A DNA stretch of 64,000 nucleotides from contig JBBDYC010000008.1 of assembly GCA_040901985.1 (NCBI GenBank), positions 16,490 through 80,489 on the forward strand, read 5' to 3'. The DNA is from Gemmatimonadaceae bacterium. GTDB taxonomy: Bacteria > Gemmatimonadota > Gemmatimonadetes > Gemmatimonadales > Gemmatimonadaceae. This document shows, one piece after another, positions 60,125-64,000 of the stretch. The notes beneath the pieces were generated by a model. The model had not been told where the DNA came from and ran no database searches. It saw only the letters and a program-made list of their open reading frames with translations. Every line of letters begins with the position of its first letter. Positions within the stretch are counted from its first letter, which is position 1. Made by a program: the position numbers and the translations under genes.

Positions 60125-61435
60125 CTAGACGAGCTGCGAGTGAGTGAACCGCTCAAACACGGCACGCTCCAGGTGGAGCCGCAGTGCGTCAATCTCGATC
60201 GTCTCCAGCGTCTCCGCGGCAAAGGCGTACGTCAACAGCGCGCGCGCGTTGTCACCGCCAATCCCGCGGCTCTTGAGATAGAACAACGCGTCCTCGTCCA
60301 TCCGCCCGATCGTCGCGCCGTGCGTGCACTTCACGTCGTCGGCGAAGATCTCCAGCTGCGGCTTGGTGTCCACCCGCGCCTTCGGCGAAAGCAACAGCGC
60401 CTTGTTGGTCTGCTTGCCGTCGGTCTTCTGGGCAATCGGATCCACGTACACCTTGCCGTTGAACACGCCGTGCGACGAGCCATCGAGAATGCCGGCATAC
60501 AACTCGCGGCTCGCGCAGCCCACCGCGAGATGCTCCACAAAGGTCTGATGGTCGGCGTGCTGCGCGTCGTCGAGGAGATAGAGCCCGTTGAGACGCGCCT
60601 CGCCCCCCTCGCCCGACAGCTTGGTGTAGACGTTGGTCCGCGAGAGCGAGCCGCCCGCCGCGTACGAGAAGGAGTGGTAGATCGAATCGCGCCCCTGCGA
60701 CACCTGCGTGGTCCCCACGTGGAACGCCTCGGCGCATTCCTGCTGCACCTTGTAGTGGTCCACGCGCGCGCCATTGCCCACCACGACCTCGGCGACGCCA
60801 TTCACCAGGTACGAATGCCGCCCGATGCCGACGAAGCTCTCGACGACCATCACCTGCGCGAGCGCCTCGGCAACGACCAACAGCCGCGGATGGAGCGCCG
60901 CGCCCGCCGCCTGGCCGTCCACGAGGTGCAGGATGTGGATTGGCACGTCCACGACCTCGGCCTTCGGCACGCGCAGCACGGTTCCTTCCTGCAGGAAAGC
61001 GGTGTTGAGCGCGGTGAACGCCGCACGGTCAAAGCCGGCGAGCGCGCCGAGGTGCTCCTCCACCCACTCGGGCTCCTCGCGGAGCAGCTCGGAGAGCGGC
61101 GAAAGCTCAACCGCGGCCGGCAACCCGGCGAATGCCGAGAGCGCGGGTTCGAGCTTTCCGTTCACGAACACCAGGCGATGCCACTCGGCGTCCACGAGGT
61201 AGGGCTCGAGGTCGGCGAGCTTGAGCGTGGTCGACGCGGGCTTCACCGCCTTGAACGTCCGCTCGGTGATCGGCGTGACGGAGGTGAAGTGCCAGTCCTC
61301 GTCGCGCGTGGTGGGGAATCCGAGCGCGGTGAAGCGGTCGAACGCCTTGCGCCGGAGCGCGGGAAGCCACGCCGGCCCCTGCGCCCCGCCATTCGCCACG
61401 AAGTCGGTGAACTGGTCGGCGTACGGCGTCGTCAC
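60125..61435 (-). CDS. sufD: Fe-S assembly protein SufD
   Basis: FPTTRDEDW, FNGKV, PQLEIFADDVKCTHG. Confidence 0.93.
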   Translation of the reverse strand: MTTPYADQFTDFVANGGAQGPAWLPALRRKAFDRFTALGFPTTRDEDWHFTSVTPITERTFKAVKPASTTLKLADLEPYLVDAEWHRLVFVNGKLEPALSAFAGLPAAVELSPLSELLREEPEWVEEHLGALAGFDRAAFTALNTAFLQEGTVLRVPKAEVVDVPIHILHLVDGQAAGAALHPRLLVVAEALAQVMVVESFVGIGRHSYLVNGVAEVVVGNGARVDHYKVQQECAEAFHVGTTQVSQGRDSIYHSFSYAAGGSLSRTNVYTKLSGEGGEARLNGLYLLDDAQHADHQTFVEHLAVGCASRELYAGILDGSSHGVFNGKVYVDPIAQKTDGKQTNKALLLSPKARVDTKPQLEIFADDVKCTHGATIGRMDEDALFYLKSRGIGGDNARALLTYAFAAETLETIEIDALRLHLERAVFERFTHSQLV

Positions 61436-61437
61436 GG

Positions 61438-62190
61438 TCAGGCGCCCACGGGCTCGAGGAGCCAGTCGTACCCCTTCGCTTCCAGCTCGAGCGCCAGCTC
61501 CTTCCCGCCCGAGCGCACGATCCGTCCGCCGGCCAACACGTGCACCTGGTCGGGCACGATGTAGTTGAGCAGCCGCTGATAATGCGTGACGATGATCGTC
61601 GCCTTGTCAGGGCGCCTGAGGGAGTTCACCCCCGCCGCCACGATCCGCAGCGCGTCAATGTCGAGGCCGGAGTCGGTCTCGTCGAGCACGGCAAGCTTGG
61701 GCGCCAGCACGGCCATCTGGAGGATTTCGTTCCGCTTCTTCTCGCCGCCGGAAAACCCCGCGTTCACGGAGCGCTGCATCATCGCGGTGTCCATCTCGAC
61801 GAGCTTGAGCTTCTCCTCCATGATGTCGAGGAACTCGATGGGGTCCACCTCTTCCTCGCCGCGCGACTTGCGAATCTCGTTATACGCCGCGCGAAGGAAG
61901 TACGCGTTGGTCACGCCGGGGATCTCCACCGGATACTGGAACGCCAGGAACACGCCCTTCTGCGCGCGCTCCTCGGCGTCCATCTCGAGGAGGTCGTCGC
62001 CCTCGTACGAGATGCTTCCGCTGGTCACTTCGTAGCCGGGATGACCCGCGATGACCTGGGCGAGCGTGGACTTGCCGGAGCCGTTCGGGCCCATAATTGC
62101 GTGGACTTCGCCCGCCTTGACTTCGAGCGAGACGCCCTTGAGGATCTCCTTGTCGCCGGCAGTGGCGTGCAGGTTCTTGATGCTCAGCAT
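61438..62190 (-). CDS. sufC: Fe-S assembly ATPase SufC
   Basis: GPNGSGKST, FQYPVEIPGV, FSGGEKKRNE. Confidence 0.95.
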   Translation of the reverse strand: MLSIKNLHATAGDKEILKGVSLEVKAGEVHAIMGPNGSGKSTLAQVIAGHPGYEVTSGSISYEGDDLLEMDAEERAQKGVFLAFQYPVEIPGVTNAYFLRAAYNEIRKSRGEEEVDPIEFLDIMEEKLKLVEMDTAMMQRSVNAGFSGGEKKRNEILQMAVLAPKLAVLDETDSGLDIDALRIVAAGVNSLRRPDKATIIVTHYQRLLNYIVPDQVHVLAGGRIVRSGGKELALELEAKGYDWLLEPVGA

Positions 62191-62251
62191 TGCTCGTGTT
62201 GTTGTCGGGTGGTCGAACTCGGTGCGTGTCGGTCGGCGTGTCCTTCGCTAC

Positions 62252-63685
62252 TCAGCCGACGGAGCCCTCGAGCGAGATGCCCAGCAGTTGCTGGGCCTCC
62301 AGCGCGAATTCCATTGGGAGCTCCTTGAAGACTTCCTTGCAGAAGCCCGCGACGATCAGACTGATGGCGTGCTCGGCGTTCAGACCTCGCGACTTGCAGT
62401 AGAAGATCTGGTCTTCGCCGATCTTCGAAGTTGACGCCTCGTGCTCGAGCGTGGCCGTCGGGTTCGCGACCTCGATGTACGGGAACGTGTGTGCGCCGCA
62501 GGCGTTGCCGATCAGCATCGAGTCGCACTGCGTGTAATTCCTGGCGCCAGACGCCTTTGGCAGGATCTGCACCTTGCCGCGGTACGAGTTCTGACCCTTC
62601 CCGGCGCTGATGCCCTTTGAGATGATCGTGGACTTCGTGTTCTTGCCGATGTGAATCATCTTCGTTCCGGTGTCGGCCTGCTGGTGGTTGTTGACCACCG
62701 CCACGGAGTAGAACTCGCCGACGCTGTCGTCGCCCTGCAGGATCACGCTGGGATACTTCCACGTGATGGCACTGCCCGTCTCGACCTGCGTCCACGAGAT
62801 CTTCGACCTGGTGAACGCCTTGCCGCGCTTGGTCACGAAGTTGTAGATGCCACCGACGCCCTCGGCGTCGCCGGCGTACCAGTTCTGGACGGTGGAGTAC
62901 TTCACGGTCGCGTTGTCCAGCGCCACGATCTCGACCACCGCGGCGTGCAGCTGGTGGGTGTCGCGCTTGGGGGCGGTGCAGCCCTCGAGGTAGCTCACGC
63001 TCGCGCCCTCGTCGGCGACGATCAGCGTGCGCTCGAACTGGCCGGTGTCGGCCGCGTTGATGCGGAAGTACGTCGAGAGCTCGAGCGGGCACTTCACGCC
63101 CTTCGGCACATACACAAACGAGCCGTCGGAGAAGACGGCGGAGTTGAGTGCCGCAAAGAAATTGTCCGAGTACGGCACCACCGAGCCCAGGTACTTCTGC
63201 ACGAGCTCGGGATGCTCGCGCACGGCCTCGCCGAACGAGCAGAACACGACGCCCACCTTCTGCAGCTCGGCCTTCATCGTCGTGCCCACGGACACGGAGT
63301 CGAAGATCGCGTCCACGGCGACGCCGCTCAGGCGCTTCTGCTCGGTGAGCGAGATGCCGAGCTTTTCGTACGTCCTGAGCAGCTCCGGGTCCACCTCGGC
63401 GAGCGATTGCAGCGGCTTCACGCTCTTGGGCGCCGAATAGTAGGTCTGCGCCTGGTAGTTGATCGGCGGATACTTGACGTTCGACCAATGCGGCTCGGTC
63501 ATCGTCTGCCAGCGCTTGAACGCCTTGAGCCGCCAGTCGAGCAGCCACGCCGGCTCGTCCTTCTTGGCCGAGATGAGGCGGACGGTCTCCTCGGTCAGCC
63601 CGCGCGGGATGGTGTCCGACTCGATGTCGGAGACGAACCCGTACGCGTACTCCCTATTGACCAGTGCTTCGATTGATGCGGACAT
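62252..63685 (-). CDS. sufB: Fe-S assembly protein SufB
   Basis: [33 protein letters not shown] end. Confidence 0.96.
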   Translation of the reverse strand: MSASIEALVNREYAYGFVSDIESDTIPRGLTEETVRLISAKKDEPAWLLDWRLKAFKRWQTMTEPHWSNVKYPPINYQAQTYYSAPKSVKPLQSLAEVDPELLRTYEKLGISLTEQKRLSGVAVDAIFDSVSVGTTMKAELQKVGVVFCSFGEAVREHPELVQKYLGSVVPYSDNFFAALNSAVFSDGSFVYVPKGVKCPLELSTYFRINAADTGQFERTLIVADEGASVSYLEGCTAPKRDTHQLHAAVVEIVALDNATVKYSTVQNWYAGDAEGVGGIYNFVTKRGKAFTRSKISWTQVETGSAITWKYPSVILQGDDSVGEFYSVAVVNNHQQADTGTKMIHIGKNTKSTIISKGISAGKGQNSYRGKVQILPKASGARNYTQCDSMLIGNACGAHTFPYIEVANPTATLEHEASTSKIGEDQIFYCKSRGLNAEHAISLIVAGFCKEVFKELPMEFALEAQQLLGISLEGSVG

Positions 63686-63728
63686 AGGTATTTCGGCCCT
63701 TCAGCAACCCTTGGGGAGGCAACATCTA

Positions 63729-63752
63729 ATATGGATAAAAATACTCGGGTAT
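63729..63752 (-). promoter_or_regulatory. Possible Rrf2/IscR-type box upstream of sufB
   Basis: AT-rich ATACCCGAGTATTTTTATCCATAT just downstream of TTGACC. Confidence 0.35.
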
Positions 63753-63792
63753 AGCCCCCCGGTCAACGAATCCGGGGTTCCACCGAGTCGTT

Positions 63793-64000
63793 TCAGACCC
63801 CCAAGCCCGGCTCGAACGCCCCGAAAACCTCGTTCCGGTCCCGGCCGAGCGCCTTGGCCCGGTACATCGCCTTGTCGGCGTGGTCAATCGCCGTCTTGAT
63901 GGTGTCGCCCTCCCGCATCAGGGCGATCCCGCCGCTCCCGGTCACCCGGAGCTCGGTGCCGTTGGGGAGGACGAACGGCTTCTCGCCGAGGGCGCGGCGG
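63793..64000 (-). CDS. C-terminal end of a GGDEF protein (partial)
   Basis: LRVTGSGGIA..ADKAMYRAKALGRDR. Confidence 0.75.
   Translation of the reverse strand, partial: RRALGEKPFVLPNGTELRVTGSGGIALMREGDTIKTAIDHADKAMYRAKALGRDRNEVFGAFEPGLGV

Noticed and set aside
32500..64000. Integron integrase or other tyrosine recombinase
   Set aside because: No ORF with recognisable R..HxxR..Y motifs in the window

Overview
High-GC bacterial chromosome segment; gene content and style resemble Gemmatimonadota (inference only). About 1-32.4 kb is mostly housekeeping: PLP decarboxylase, GGDEF protein, PhzF, P5C dehydrogenase, Nfo, SWIB, LepB, RidA, M24 peptidase, GroES-like, BrxA/B, an ABC-2 exporter, a WtpABC-type tungstate/molybdate importer, a glycosylation cluster and a gamma-glutamyltransferase. 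Two small TA-like inserts sit within it (an AbiEii-type pair and mobile mystery A/B). About 32.5-58.0 kb is a lower-GC, partly decayed defence/TA island with nucleotidyltransferase pairs, two Fic genes, AAA_14/DUF4143, an NYN RNase behind a structured leader RNA, HipBA, a C-protein-controlled type II R-M system, an IS481 remnant, AIPR and an atypical Hsp70-like pair. Its right half is an integron-type cassette array on the minus strand (8 cassettes, 7 complete plus 2 partial attC sites) with no integrase in the window. The array starts at an attI-like site that overlaps the stop codon of sufS, the last gene of the sufBCD-U-ferredoxin-sufS operon (58.0-63.7 kb). Older attC sites repeatedly carry AGC/GCT instead of the canonical AAC/GTT core. 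All family calls rest on motifs recognised by eye; no database searches were run.
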